DNA of 64,000 nucleotides, from assembly GCA_050575255.1 (NCBI GenBank), contig JBNZDD010013730.1, forward strand, positions 3,991,671 through 4,055,670, in the 5' to 3' direction. A program made the translations under genes and the position numbers. This document shows, in pieces, positions 1 to 14,305 of this stretch (its first letter is position 1; each line of letters opens with the position of its first letter). Below the pieces are notes generated by a model. That model made no database searches. It saw only the letters and a list, made by a program, of their open reading frames with translations, and was not told the DNA's origin. Origin of the DNA: Harriotta raleighana (taxonomy: Eukaryota).

Positions 1-327
1 ACAAGTTAAAAAGGAAGGGTAAACAAAAGAAAAACAAAGAGACTTGAAGAGTGTGTTAAAAAAAGCATTAGGTACACACACCCTGCTCTCGCTGGCACTC
101 ATAATACTAAGAGATCTATTTTTTAATGAGTAGTGCTTTGTGTGAAATTTTCTAAAGCTCTCTCCCCTCTGTGGATCCCTGATGTTAAGGAAGTATCATG
201 CTGTAGTTTGCTGTCTATCTATCTGTCTCTCAAAAACAACTTCACCGGATTTCTCATTGCTGAACCTTAAGCGATGTCATGTACAGTTACATCAGTCTTT
301 GAGAAAAAACACTTTATATCTGCTTGG

Positions 328-1660
328 CAACAACAAGTTGGATTTACAACAACTTGGATTTATATAGCGCCCTCCACGCCAGACGCCGTCTCAGAGTGCT
401 TCACAATAACGGATCCCGGGGCTGAGCCAGTGGGAAGGGGAAAAAGGTGACCAAAAGCGAGGTCGAAAATAAGTCTTTAGGCACGACCTTAAAATAGGAA
501 AGGAAGGTGACGAGGCAAAGGGAGTGAGGAATGGAGTTCCAAAGTCTCGGGGCCAAGTGGCTGAAGGCAGGGTTGCTGACTATGGAATGGAGGATTCGGG
601 GGACAAGAAGGAGGCCGGATCCGGTAGAGCGAAGGCAATGGGTACTGTTATGAGCAGAGAGGAGATCAGAGAGGTAGGGGGGTGCAGAGGAGTGGAGGGA
701 TTTGAACACAAGAACGAGGATCTTGAAATCGATCCGCTCCGAGACAGGAAGCTAGCAAAGTCTGGCAGGGACTGGGGTAATCGGGGAGTGAAGTTTGGTG
801 CGGCGGGAATGCAGGCGGCGGAATTTTGAACAAACTGGATTTTATGAATGTTGGCGAAGGGGAGACCAGCGAGGATGGTATTGGAATAGTCCAGCCGAGA
901 GGTGAGAAAGGCATGGACCAGGGTTTCGGCAGCTTCTGGGATATTGGCGAAGACGGACGATGTGTCGGAGATGGAAAAAAGCGGTGCTGGTGAGGGACCG
1001 GATGTGGGGGAGGAAGGATAATTGGAGGTTGAACCTGACGCCTATGTTGTGTACGGGTTCAGAGAGTTTTAGGAGCAGGTCGGGTAGGTGGAGGAGGTGC
1101 GAACCGTGGGATTCAAGACGTCAATGAGAGCCAAAGAGTATGGCTTCCGTCTTGTCAACATTGAGCTGAAGCAAATTTGCGTTCATCCAGCTCTTGATGT
1201 CTGGCAGACAGGCTGACAGAATATCGGGGGACTGGGTTTCGCAAAGTGAGGTGGAAAAGTAAAGCTGGGTGTCATCCACAAACATGTGGACGTGTACCCC
1301 ATATCTGCGGACCACATCACCAAAAGGGAGCATGTAGCTAAGGAAGAAAAGGGTGGCCAAGGATGGATCCTTGGAGTACCCTGCAGGGAACCGGGTAAAA
1401 GCGAGAGGAAAAGCTGTTAGTAGAGATGTACTGCTGGCGGTTAGTGAAGTAGGACTCAAACCAGGTGAGTGCAGGCCCACTGAGCAGATGATGGAGGATA
1501 AGCAGTGGAGGAGGATAGAATGATCGACTGTGTCGAAGGCGGCAGAGAGGTCCAGGACAACAAGGAGGTGGAGGGAACTCTAGTCACAAATAGAGAGGAT
1601 ATCGTATGTGACTTTCACAAACGCAGTCTGTTTCTGTGAGTGAGAATGAGCTCTGACCAA
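328..1660 (-). mobile_element. L2-clade LINE (family 'A'), 5'-truncated: RT C-terminal half plus 3' tail, frameshifted
   Basis: Minus-strand translation gives HSQKQTAFVKVTYDIL...LVVLDLSAAFDTVDH, FVDDTQLY, ACLPDIKSWMNANLLQLNVDKTE and FSHLAPRLWNSIP (L2 ORF2 motifs). Ends in ...GAGGGCGCTATATAAATCCAAG(TTG)n. Confidence 0.93.
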
Positions 1661-4600
1661 ACAATTGCTGGTTATACAACCTGAATAAAACGACTTTAAG
1701 TAATAGTAACTACTCATGTTGGGGAAATATGAAACGACACACTGAAGATTGCTGATTGCTGTACACAAGATATAATGACAAATTTAATTCTGAATGTCAG
1801 TGTTTCACAAATTGTATCTCAAAGAGCAGCTATTACCACTCATATTGTGGTTTAATAGGGATATTGTTTAACGTAGAGTTTACATATATCTATATAGGAT
1901 ATAGTTTAATAATGTAGTATTCCTAGGAAACAATATACGGTGGTACCATACCACATCGACAAATCCATCAGATCATTCATCAAAGTAGTAGAGTGGCTGA
2001 GATGTATTACAGTCTGTTGTATGTTGGCTTTGTTGGTGCAAATTATAATCAGTCGAGAAAATGTAGTCAGACATTGGTATCTTTCTTCTCAGTTTCAAAC
2101 AGAAATAAATAGCTTAAACCTTTTAAGGCATTGTAACAAATTATAATTTACTCCCTCTTCACATTAGAGGGAAATGATATGTGGGGAGTTCTAGGCCACA
2201 GTATTTTACTTAGAGTATTTTTTTTCTAGTTTCTTTTTATACCACTGTCCCCTTTTAGCCTTTCCTCCTTTCCCAAAGGTAGTGATTCATGCTATGGAAC
2301 CAAACCTCACCCAATTGGCCATTCTTTATGTTTACCTTCTACACTACATACATATCTCAAGTTTTGAGATAGGAGCCTGAAACAAATCAAAATTGAAGTA
2401 ATGCTACAATGAAATACAAATTAGAAACACTGCTGAAATTGTTGGCCACCACAACATTTAGTTTGTGTCAGGAATGTCGCAATTGAATGAATAACGTTTC
2501 TTGCCCATGTTTTCCTATGTTGCTTATAGTTCACAAGTTTAGGAAATATATAGTGCGTTATTAATTATCCCATTGAATTAATACAGAGTTACAACAATCT
2601 GTATTTAGCGCTTTCAATTAAATCCAAAAAGATTTTATTTCAGAAAATGTTAAGAATATAATTGAATCCTTTTGCCCTACCATCTTATGCAATATGTTTG
2701 TTAGATAAAAGGATAAAATATGGTTCTGTATAAAAATTGAAGCACATTTACAAGTTTTTACAGTGCATTTATATAATCTATGAGACATGTAAGATAAAAA
2801 AAACATACTTTTATATTACACAAAAACCTATTGAGGGAAGTATCATTTTATTTAATTTTTAATGCCCTTTTTGTTATCAAGGCAGCAGTTTGTACATTGA
2901 ACATGAATGGGTGATTAATGGTCCACATTGAGCTATGGTTAAGTAGGTACACTAGCAAAAAAAACTTTTATGAAATAGCATTTTAATTTTTTAAACAGAT
3001 TTTCCATCATTGGTTCTTTCTAACTGGATTAGTTCTTTGATCTGTTGTGACGAAGCTCCTTGTTAAGGGAACTCCATTAACTCTGTCTGTCATCTTATTT
3101 TCAGTCATATTCCTATAGAACACAATTTTCTAAATTGTATTGCTTTCAATGCTGATTTGAAATTGCGCAAATCTTAATGAATGACAATGACCAATGGTTC
3201 TGATCTATTAAATATGGTATTAAATCATCCTTGTAGCTTATATTTTCCTCAGCAGGTGGAGACATTTTGCAGTGTTACATACAGTATATATATATATACA
3301 TGTGTGTGTGTGTCTGATTAACATAGGTAGCTTTTTTGAAACTGACATTTTTGTAACACCTAATCCCCACTTCTGCATTTTACCTTTGCAATGCATTTGT
3401 CACAGTTCACTTTTCTATTTTATTAGTTCTAATATTTATTTACTCCATGTCACACTACTGCTTTCGCATAAAAATTTCACGGACAATTGATTTCCAACAG
3501 CAGTATCAGGCTTCAGTTCCAGTCAAGCACCCTTAATCTGGGAGCTGTTGAAGCCAGAGACACATTATACAGTACTGGTATTTTGTGCAACAAAGTTGTA
3601 TTAGAATAGTCAAGGACATAGTTGCATTTTCTTTCATTTAAGAATAACAGCAATAAAGAAGTTTTGTCAGAAAGAACCATCAAGAATATTGTTCGAAAAA
3701 AATTATCTAAGGAAGAAGTAAGGAATTCTTATTGTATATGAGTCAAATTGATCACCAAATAACAGTGGTGGTAATCATTGCCTGGTGATTCTGAAAAGAA
3801 GACTTAAAACGTAGATTCCTTATATGAGCAAAGTTGAATGATTCATGAGTTTTTAAAAAATATTGCCATTCAAATGCAAGTAGAGTAATTTACCGAACAA
3901 AAGTATTTTACATTTGTCTTAGAGACAAATGCATTGTCTCTTCAGTTAATAAGACACAGAAGAGAGCAATATCAAACAACTTCTTCTCAAAACCCAAATG
4001 GAAAATTAAACCACGAGTGGATACAAAATGAAAATCAAGCTTTTTGTGTTTGTTGATTCCAGAGAATTTGTTTTGAAAATAGCTGAATATTAAACAGGTA
4101 AAAGCAATCGAGTGGTATTTTTCTTATTATAGTGAACAGAGAATAATTTATTTCATTAAACAAGCATTTAGTTGACAGGAGCATCGAGTAATCAGATATG
4201 CAGTTAGCTGGAAAAAAATTCATTACACTTTCTCTGGATTTTCAATGATTTGAAAATGCTAATTTGAGAAGCTATCAGCATTCATCACCCTTAATATAAA
4301 AGCTTTAACTTTACATAAAAACATATTTATTTTGTTTCCCTCTCATACATCTAATTCAGATAATTAATTTGACAATAGCCATGAAATATAAATGAAAGCA
4401 CAATTATTATAATTTGCTATGCAGAACCTCTCATTTGTGTCTTATTATCACTATTCCTCATAAACATGTACATTACTTAATGAGGCCCCCCCCCCTCCCG
4501 CCCCCTTATTTGCTGTATCCTCCAAAAATCTGATGCTTATTTTTCATCTGGACAGTGTACGATCAAGCCAGGTGTTTGGCAGCAACAGAGTGTTCAGGTG

Positions 4601-5334
4601 TAACCACAGTATTGCCGCTACATTACTAACAGTGTGAATGAGGGATGAGGCGTGTAGAACCCTTTGACTGTGGCGCCATCACCACCATCTCTTTGAGTGG
4701 CCCTCTCCTTGGAGACAGACGGGTGTTATAGAGTGACTTGGAATGAATAATCTCATTGCATCGTTGAATTTACTACATTAATAAAAAAAAAGAACTTTTA
4801 AAAATGTTTAAAAACTTTTCAAATCTCTTTGAAGGTTTTGCAATGTAAACAATGGTATAATTTCACACTAAACCTTCACCCTCTACAATTATTCAATTTT
4901 TATGTTATTCTGAACCCTGAGACATTGCATCATTATTTGGAGCAATTATACTGAGGTACAGCCATATATTACACTCATAGAGATATAATTGCTATTGAAA
5001 TGTGCTTGGCAATACATAGATAGAGAGAGGTTTACAAAGATTTGCTAAGTTGGCTGAGGAAAAGGCTTTTTAGTATACAGCAATGTTCCCCGAACATTCT
5101 GTGAGGTGGAATTTGCATTTCATATGACATCATATGACTTTAATATAATATATATATTTTTAAAGTATCTTCCAGGTTTGTAACAAAAGATTGTTCAACT
5201 TCCAAAGTCGTTGTCTATCAGGGTGAAATGGCTTGGTGTAATGTAAATAATGGAGTCTATAATGCTCCTATTTTCTAACAGGATTTCTAGGAGGACATGA
5301 AATCCATATTAAATCCGAGATCCCTGCAGAAGTC

Positions 5335-5500
5335 ATGGAATCATAGAATTTTACAGCACAAAATGAGGCCATTCGACCCATCAAGTCTGTACCAGCTCTT
5401 TGAAAAGAGCTATTCAAAGTCGCTCCCAATCCCTAGCTCTCTCTCTCTCCATAACTCCGCAAACCCGTCCTCCCCAAATAACCATCCACCTCTTTTTTAA
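5335..5500 (-). mobile_element. CR1-clade LINE 3' end
   Basis: Reverse complement reads ...AAAGAGCTGGTACAGACTTGATGGGTCGAATGGCCTC...AATTCTATGATTC, a CR1-type 3'UTR with ATTCTATG tail; homologous to 17780-17975, 46344-46495 and 52466-52574. Confidence 0.8.
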
Positions 5501-6603
5501 AGTCATTGATAATATGTCCATTGACTTTGTTAGCTTAATGTTGCAATCATTTTACTTAAGTTAAGTTCTTCAATTTTGCAGCATCCACCTTCACACATTA
5601 TGAGGTCAGCAACAACTTGGTTGAATTTATTCTGAAGGTGACTGGATCCTTTAGCGTTCGTGTTAATTTTGGCAGCCTTGAGATGGTGAAAATGTTCTTT
5701 GAATCAATTAAGATGACTGTGGGCATGTCTAATTTAATAGGATATTTAGGAAAGTAAATGTTGCTAACATCTACTTTTTAAAAAATAGTTATTTGACGCT
5801 GCAGCTAATCAAAAATCAAGAGCCTATAGCTTTCCATTTGTAACCCTGTTCCTGGAGATATGAAGCTCAACGTGAAGCTGTCTTTATATCAGCAAAGCTG
5901 AAGCCGAAGCATTAAATGGAGATATTAGTTGGCTCAGTTGCAGTACTGCCAATGTCTGATAATTATTACTATTCCTTGGATGAACATTACAAATATTACA
6001 GATGTATTTGCGTGCACTACATTAGACTTTCTGGTGTATTAACCAAAAGACAGGCTTAGCGCAGTCAGACACCAATTGCCTTTTAAAGAATGTAAACTAT
6101 CACTGATTCTGTTTCTTTACAGAGGTCACTCCAATAGAGCAACATCTCATCTAGCTTAAAGAAAGCAGCACTGAAGAGTAAATCACCTGCCACAAGGATT
6201 CCATCAACTCTCAATTATCCAATGCCTTTGATAGTCTATGTGAACAAAATCCACTCAAGTCATTTAAAAAAAAAGGTACATGGGTCTGTCTTCCTTGCAC
6301 AGAGCAAGCTTACCGTTTCTTAAGGATAAATATAAGTAGATTTTATGCTGTGGAAACTCAAAGCTTTATGCTAATCATTTAGGTTAAGCTCTGGAAGCAA
6401 ACTGGATACATTCAACACGCCACCGGCAATAGTGTACTGCACTAGACTCTGGAAGATAAACTACATAGGAACCTTATCTGTTAGTCTAATTTATTCAGTG
6501 TCACTGCCATATCACAACCCCATGTTTGATTTTCTTATTAACTAATAACATCAAGAACAAAGTAATACTGCTACATACCCTAGTAGTTTTGCCTTGTAGA
6601 AGT

Positions 6604-6743
6604 NNNNNNNNNNNNNNNNNNNNNNNNNNNNNNNNNNNNNNNNNNNNNNNNNNNNNNNNNNNNNNNNNNNNNNNNNNNNNNNNNNNNNNNNNNNNNNNNN
6701 NNNNNNNNNNNNNNNNNNNNNNNNNNNNNNNNNNNNNNNNNNN
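6604..6743. other. Assembly gap (140 N)
   Basis: Run of N characters. Confidence 1.
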
Positions 6744-7884
6744 GCCTCAGCACAGAAAGCGTTATTGTCTGTGTTTCTGCAGAAGAATTACATTTTATGA
6801 CTGTAACGTTGGTATCTTTTCAGAATTTGTGCATGAGAAAAGAAAAGGAGAGCTCGCCCATTAGAGACAAAATGAAAAGTGGTATTGATTAGACTCTCAT
6901 TTCCCCACTCTTTGCTTCATTTCCTAAATGCATGGAAATAAGGACTATGCCAGGAAGTGAGTAACAATAAGCTATAATGAATGGAACAATCTTCAGAAAA
7001 TTAGTGTGAGCTTACGTGATGGTACGCAGATGTTGCTCAGGGTAACTGTCATGGCTTTGTTTTTCATTTCCATTTATAAAATACTCTACTTATCATGCAA
7101 TAACATTACATGCTATAGTAGTTCCTGCAAACACAATTAATAATAGACTGATAAAAGAAGACTTTGAGGACTGGAGCAATTATAGACTTATTCTTTGTGT
7201 GTGAACGATCATTTCTCAAGCTACAGAGTTATTTTACATATGCACAAAACACTAGAGACAGTCATTTAGATGGGAGAAATAACATTTTATTATTACTTGT
7301 GGCAATGCTCCCAGATCATGATCAGACTTTGCCTGTTATACTACACATTTTTTCCAGTGATTCTTGGCTGATGTTTCTCTAAATTCCCCCTCGATACACG
7401 AGCGAGAACTCTCCAAAAAGAGCATGAAACTAATTAAATTATTTCCCTTGTTTTCTTTACATTTTCTCAACTGTTGTGCAGATGGGAGTAGTTTGACCTT
7501 AAATTACAAGATTGTCCTTTCTTTCTCTCTCTTCGTTTTGCTCAGTGTCTCTTTGCTGCTCTCTTCAACTTTGCTTCTCTCCACCTCTTGACTTCTTTTT
7601 CACTGTTATCCTCCAACAATGGACCAACAGGCAGCCGGACACAGACACTGACCAGCCCGCCTGGCACAGACTGAAATTGAGACATTCTGCTGTGTATCAA
7701 AGGAAACCAAATTGAGACAACAAAAATGGCTGACAATATTCTTGGAAAAAAGTATGCAATCCTCCCTCTTCATTTCTCAGCGCCATTTTAAAAGCTGGAA
7801 GGAAAAGTGCTGAAGTCTCATCAATCGACTGTGTTTACAGCTTGCTTTCTGTTGGACTGAGAGTCATGACTTGCCATTAAGAGT

Positions 7885-8148
7885 GCAGGGCGAAACCTTG
7901 GGCAAGTTTCCTTACTCCACATGCCTGATAATAATTCCTCAACAACAAAAAATAATAAATTGGTCACTTCAATCCATGACTGTTTATGGGACATTGCTTT
8001 GCGCAATTGGCTGCCACATTTCGCTCACAAATATACAGTCAAATAACTTAACAGTATATCCTATGAAGCGCTTTGAGGCATCTAGAAGGTATGAAAAGTG
8101 CTACATCAAATGCAAGAATGATTATTATATAAATGCAAGTTGTTGTTG
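7885..8148 (+). mobile_element. tRNA-derived SINE (main family), lacking tRNA head
   Basis: CCTTGGGCAAGTTTCCTTACTCC...GCAATTGGCTGCC...GAAGCGCTTTGAG...AAATGCAAG; aligns by eye with the headed copies at 22541 and 40897. Confidence 0.88.
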
Positions 8149-8849
8149 AATAGTTTTCCATCTGCCTACTGTAAAATGTCCAAAGTATCATATTCTAAAT
8201 GAAACATTTTTACTTCTGTATCCTGATTTAATGATATAGTAGGCAGAGGGAATTTACACAACAACTCAATGTTCGTGAATATGCTGGAGAGTTCACTCAT
8301 ACCAAAGACTTTTTAAAAAAAAAACTCTTGCTAGTACCTGAGGCAATAAGTGATGAGTAATTTCAGCCAATCCTCACAATTCTAGATTCCAAATACACAG
8401 TTCAAATGTGCTTATCAAGGATTAAGCTTCCCGAGGCTTGATCATCTCTGCACACCACCGCGACTTTTGTTGGAAACAAAGGTAACGTTTCTATGGTGAG
8501 AGTTTATAATAACAGACTATATTATAATGTCCTGTTTCTGTGCTTTAACAATCTGTTGCATCCGGTTTCTACAATACCATCATGGAATATTAATATCCAA
8601 TAGTAATTTTTATAAAGGCTCAATGACATCAATAAATCCATGAACTGTAACACCATTCCACCTACTTTATAATGAATATCCCCTATCAAGGCCTCCTTAA
8701 TATTTGGTCAGTCTCAAAGAATTTTGCTCGGTGTCTCCCATCATAAATTTCTCAAGATCAAACTTCCCCCAATGTTTTATAATATCGAGAAATGACTCTC
8801 AGCCTATTGCCAAGGCTGAACTTGCCAAAATATGAAGTTATTTCTGTAT

Positions 8850-9300
8850 TTTTATCCCAGATATTTCACTTTATTAAGCAACGATTCTTAGAGAAATTGT
8901 CAAGGGAAACTGGTCCACAAGTTGGAAGGCTAGGAAGTATGGAAAGCTTCGGAAGTGGATTGGAATTTGCCTGGTTCCTAAGGATCAGCACAGAAAGAAA
9001 CATGGAACTGTATGAAAGGTGGTTTCATCTTTGGCCTTTGTCATCCATATTGGGGACAACGCTAATTACATTGCACAATAGCGATTTGATACTGTATCGA
9101 GGACACAGACACAATTGGAAATAATATTCTGATTAAATAGAGGGGGATCTGGATATTTTAGAAAATGTGTCTGACAAGTGGTAAGTATTATTTAATATGG
9201 AGAATGCAGAGTGATGAGATTAGCCAAGAAAATAAACAGTAGCAATATAAACTAAGCGGTATTTGTCTGTAGCATAATACAGGAGACAGGCACTGGTGGA
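8850..9300 (+). mobile_element. Ancient, highly degraded CR1 RT fragment
   Basis: GGTTCCTAAGGATCAGCA (GVPQGS-like); GDLDILENVSDKW...LFN.E.CRVMRL..K.N..QYKL resembles CR1 ORF2 downstream of FADD. Confidence 0.6.
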
Positions 9301-12300
9301 TAAATTGCTGAAGCTACCAACAGAATTTATCAAAATGATAGTAAAACATGGAATGCACTAAAGTTCCAATATTCTGCAACTCCGGAACCATTTTAATATG
9401 TGTTTAAGGCTTAATTTGAAAATCTTTGTGTTTAGCAAATTAATTATCTACCACGAAACAGTGTAAGTACAGACCTTTGTATTTAGGCTCCTAAATCACC
9501 CAATGCTTACGTCTTACTTTGGTAATACCACTAACTACAGGCTGACAAGAAAGCCAAGCCAGTCAGCCTTGTTGCTGAGTTTAATTTGCTTTAAATAAAA
9601 GAATTATAGGATTGGATTGAAAATGTTTTTCACATAATCAAAAGGATAATTTCTATATTTTTTTACAAGATGAAAAAATGAACACTCATTACATTCAAGG
9701 ACTCAATGTCACAATGATCGTTTTATATTACAGGGATAGACAATTATTCTTGAATAATTTTTAATCTAGCAATTATGTCAGTGCCTAAAATGGTACAAAA
9801 TTATAGCGAAATTGTGAAAGGGAAGGAAGAGATGAAATCTATGATCAGTAATTCTTTACGTTTAACTGACTCGAGAAGACAATTCAAAAATCTCTCTTCA
9901 TTTAGGCTCAAAGGTAATTTCATTTATAGGATTGGGGAGGTGCATAGTTATGTCAAACCAACAAAAACATTATTGAAGCTTGACATATTTATCTCCTACA
10001 GTAATTATAGAAACAGTAAAGTTTTTTTTAAAAGCAGTTCCCTGAGGAATTATGCATATCTAATAGACTGGAAATTATTTTACTAATTATTGTAGAAGAA
10101 GAAAAAAAATTGAGCAATACTGTGCCCAACTACCCACAAGGAAATATAATTTTGACTTCTTTTACATAATATATGAAGTATTTAAAACTACAGTATAAAG
10201 AAATTCAGATACACATAGAAAACTAAATATCAAATATATGTTGAAATGCCTTTCAGATAATTTCTAGGTAAATATTAAACATATTTTCTGAACATTTTCA
10301 TAACATTGTAACCTTAAATGGCAAATACATATTTTTGATATTTTGGACACACATGGCATATTTTCAGGATTTAACTTGATGTGATTCATACATTAGTAAG
10401 ATGCTTTGACAAGGTACAAATGCAGTGAATGTGTAGTGCTGGAGTGGGGTTAAATATGTATGAGTCTAGCTTTAGAGTGAAGTCTTTAAATGCATCTGCT
10501 CACCAAAAATAAGCAAAAACAAAAGGATGCAGCATGTTTTCTTTGTATTAGAAATCAACTTAATAGCTAACTCACAATACAGTACATTGATGCAGATGTT
10601 TAGAAATGCTTTCAAAGTGTTGATCAATTTAGAATTATATATTACATTATTCTCTCTTCACGTCAATGACAATCCTGCTTACGTGACATGGGAATTGATG
10701 ACAGGTTCGCATATTTTGAACCTCATGCAAATAGCATTAAAGAGTAGTCATTTTTTTTTCTGAAGTGTAAGGCAAATCTCATTTAAAATAAGCTGTTTAT
10801 TTTGTGCATGAGGCCTTTTACGATTTAAAAAAACAAAAAACTGCTTATTCCCTTATCCTGCTCAACACCAACCTTCACCCCTCCCTTCGCAGAGCGTGTA
10901 TCATGACTGTAGAAAAGTTAAACACTAATTCAGCCATTTGGGCATGCTTCGTCTGGTAGTTGAATCAAGTTTTGTAAGAATCAAAGAAATCTGCCGGTGA
11001 TAAACAATTCTGTTACTTAAGGCACTTACTTTTTCAATCAGTGGTTTATATCATGCCCTGATCAGTAAAAATCACAACTTTTATTCTGCCTTCATTGTCG
11101 TTCTGAAGTTGAAGGGCAAGTTGTAAATCACATGGTTGTGCATCACCCACTTTGAGCTGTTTGGATGGTACCATTTGCTGATAGGGTGGATCTTCCCTTG
11201 GCAAGGGGCTTAGCCTTGTGGATTCAAGAGCATATGGCCTTGCATATCGCATGCCCAAGTGGATGTTTGGCCAGCTCCTGAGGGTTGAGATCTCTGTGTG
11301 CAGCGGTTGGGCTTCGAATCCCGCCTGGTTTGTGTGTTAGAACAGCTGCAGAGTGTAGATTTGCAGGAAAGGGGTCCACAATACCTCCCGGTATTTTCCC
11401 ATCTCGAGAGAGAGAGAGAGAATCTGTGCATTACTCACTCCGATGGGCAACTCTCCCACAGATGATTTGTCCACATGTTTGCTGAGGGGGAAATGGGAGC
11501 AAGGAAGTATTTTGCGTTACGACATGCACTATGTGTTTTATTGCACGATTAATGTGTTTGCTTTTATTATTGCATTACTAGAATGTTATTTTAGCTGTTT
11601 TCGTTCTCCTTGCAGTGCTCATGTAACATGCACCGATCCACATTTCCCAGCACAGACAGCAGGAAGCTGACTTTCTCCCAAGCCTCTCCCTAACATGTTG
11701 CCAAGAGGAGCACAGCAGTGACTCAATTTTACTTTCTCCTACTTAGAACAATTTTGAACGGCCATTATGGAGAGAAACAACATGCTGCTTCACAGCGGCA
11801 GAACAAGTTTTGCTGTGCAGTATTTCTAAATATTCGCATTTTATAGCTGTTTCAAATGCATGCTTAAAACATTCATATTCATTCCATGATGCCAACAGCG
11901 TTTTAAAACTGCACTGAGTTTATTAAGGACATACACGTCCACACACTCACCTAGTCTATTAATAAATACCCATAGATGCCTATCCACTACCACACCTCCA
12001 CTTCCAGAAGCCAGCATGTTCTGTTACCTGTTTTTAATGGCTGCTTATTTCCATACATTGTGACTCTCGTGAGCAGAGCATGTCATCTGGTTGCAGATTC
12101 TAGGGGATTTTCAGTCTGGCTCTGCTTTGGTGAATCAGATGGAATGGGATATTCATCCATGTATCACATGCATATTGTATCATTTATTCCACCATACTGA
12201 GAGGCTCATCTGATAACCAAGAAAACTTCTTGCACAATTTAATGAGCTAAAGTGTTGGCTACCTTTGGGATTTGAGCTGTAATTGAGTTAAGGTATAAAA

Positions 12301-12639
12301 TTAATGCATCAACCACTGTGTTACTGAGCCAGTATATCTCAACAGTCAAATGAAATCCTCCAATTAAAGTGTATAGGATAAGTGTTTACAGATATTGTAA
12401 GTATAAAAACAATGTTGTTTTTTATTGAATTGATAATCAATGACAGATGGTTGAATTTTGCTCTTCAATCGGTAATGACACATCGAGCCACCTTTGCTCA
12501 ATCAGAACAACTGAGCTTAAACCCCTTATTTTAGTATTAGAAGTTTCACTGAAACAGACAGTGGTGATGCACCCATAGAAGTTGCATGTCCAAAATTCAA
12601 ACTTATACCAAAAGGAATTACCTGTTGATCTTATCTCAC

Positions 12640-12872
12640 CCTACCCTATAAAGATCGTATTATTCTATTCAAAAAGAGAAGGGTTTCTCCTGATGTCCTT
12701 CCCATCAATCCATCTGAGGCATTGGTCATTCATTGAACTGTTGTTTCTGAGACATTGCGTACACAAACGGCTGTGTGTTTGCCTACAAAAGCAGTCACTA
12801 CACTTCATAGCGGTTACTCGTGAAACTCTCCGAGACATTCAACATGATAAGGTGTTATAAAAAATACAAGGT
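12640..12872 (+). mobile_element. Old DeuSINE-like element, 3' half
   Basis: AAAGATC...AAAGAGAAGGG...TGGTCATTCATT...CAGTCACTACACTTCA...GATAAGGTGTTATAAAAAATACAAG; similar to the 51257 copy. Confidence 0.6.
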
Positions 12873-14232
12873 CTTTATCTTTAACTGCTGGAAGTGAAGA
12901 TTGTGTACATTACACTTTCAAAAATGGATAATATTGCTGCTTTGCACAAGATTGTTCTCTTTGAGGGGTTTAATGGAATTTTTAACTTGTAACATATAAG
13001 CTTAACAAGCAAATCTTGAAGGCCACAACACCAGGGTTCAGATACGTGTTTATTTTGCAGCTACATGTTTATTTTGGAGACAAATCGTTTTGTCGCAATA
13101 ATTTTTGTTGGAAATATTCAACTACACCTTCAATAGACTTAGTCAAGATGAGGAAAGGACAGGAAATTGCAATTATGAAACTATTTGCACGTTTCTTTGT
13201 CAACACATAGATGCACTTCACCCATACACATATATCTGAGAATAAACATAAAAAATGTTAGTGTCCATGAGCATATTACAGCATTGATATCTTCATACAC
13301 ATTCCAAGGCATGAAAGAAATCAAACCTTTTTATTTTTTTCATTTAAAAAAACTCCGCCGATGGTAGGAAATGCCTTCAGAATTGTGAGGCACTTGATAC
13401 GAAAACTCTCAGCAAAGCTTTTAGATCCTTTTTGAATGTTTTGGAGAAAAAAGCTACAGAACCACTGATTTGCACTTAGGGTACGAGGCATTCTTTTATT
13501 TGAAATAAAAGTACTATCTTTTCACAGAGCTAAGAACTGGAAATGTTTAAGTTGAAATGATATAATTGATTCACTTAGATCCCAGACATTAGTCAAGATC
13601 TACTTTCTTGCATTGGAACTCTGGTGACTTATGCCAATCTAAAATTCAGTGATCAAGTTAATTGCCTCTCAGAAGACATTAAAATCTCCCTTGCAAGGCA
13701 CTAAGATGTCTTTAGTTCTCAGGGAAATGTAAATTCAGCTGGCTGCTGATGAACCAAATACATGTTATTTTCCTTTCATGATGAAGAATATCTATTTGAG
13801 AAATAAATACTGTACATAAATTGCTGAAATTTGCTTCAAAAGAGCCCATCGTTAAAAGGCAGAGCTGGCTGGTGCATTAACCTCTTGCGCTATTGAACAG
13901 TAGAAGTACACAAGATCAGATGTAGAAATCTCTAAAGAATATCTTCTTGACATTGGCTGGGTTGTCTGGAAAAGGCACCAAGGAGAAATTGATTTGGTAC
14001 AGTGGAAATGGAAAAGTAAATGTAATTGTTTCTCTATATATGAAAGATGAGAAAGTACATCTTCATAGATTGCAGATACCTCCACCTTGAAAACTCCCCT
14101 GCTGTCTCCAGGCTGTTACACTCACTCTTCCTATCTTTCCATTGCATATGGTACCAGCCCAGCATGGCCAACACAAGTGCACTCAACTTTAGCAACAGTC
14201 AGCTCTTTGAAAAGAAGACAGGACGAGAATGG

Positions 14233-14305
14233 AACAATAACAACAACAAAATTACACTTGTATAACGCCTTTCACGTCGGGAGGACGTCCCAAAGCGCTG
14301 GACAG
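14233..14305 (-). mobile_element. Short tail-only L2-type insertion (family 'B')
   Basis: rc: CAGCGCTTTGGGACGTCCTCCCGACGTGAAAGGCGTTATACAAGTGTAATTTTGTTGTTG. Confidence 0.8.

Noticed and set aside
11140-11420. tRNA-like element around GGGCTTCGAATCCC
   Set aside because: Only a T-arm-like fragment with an extra base; no A box or cloverleaf.
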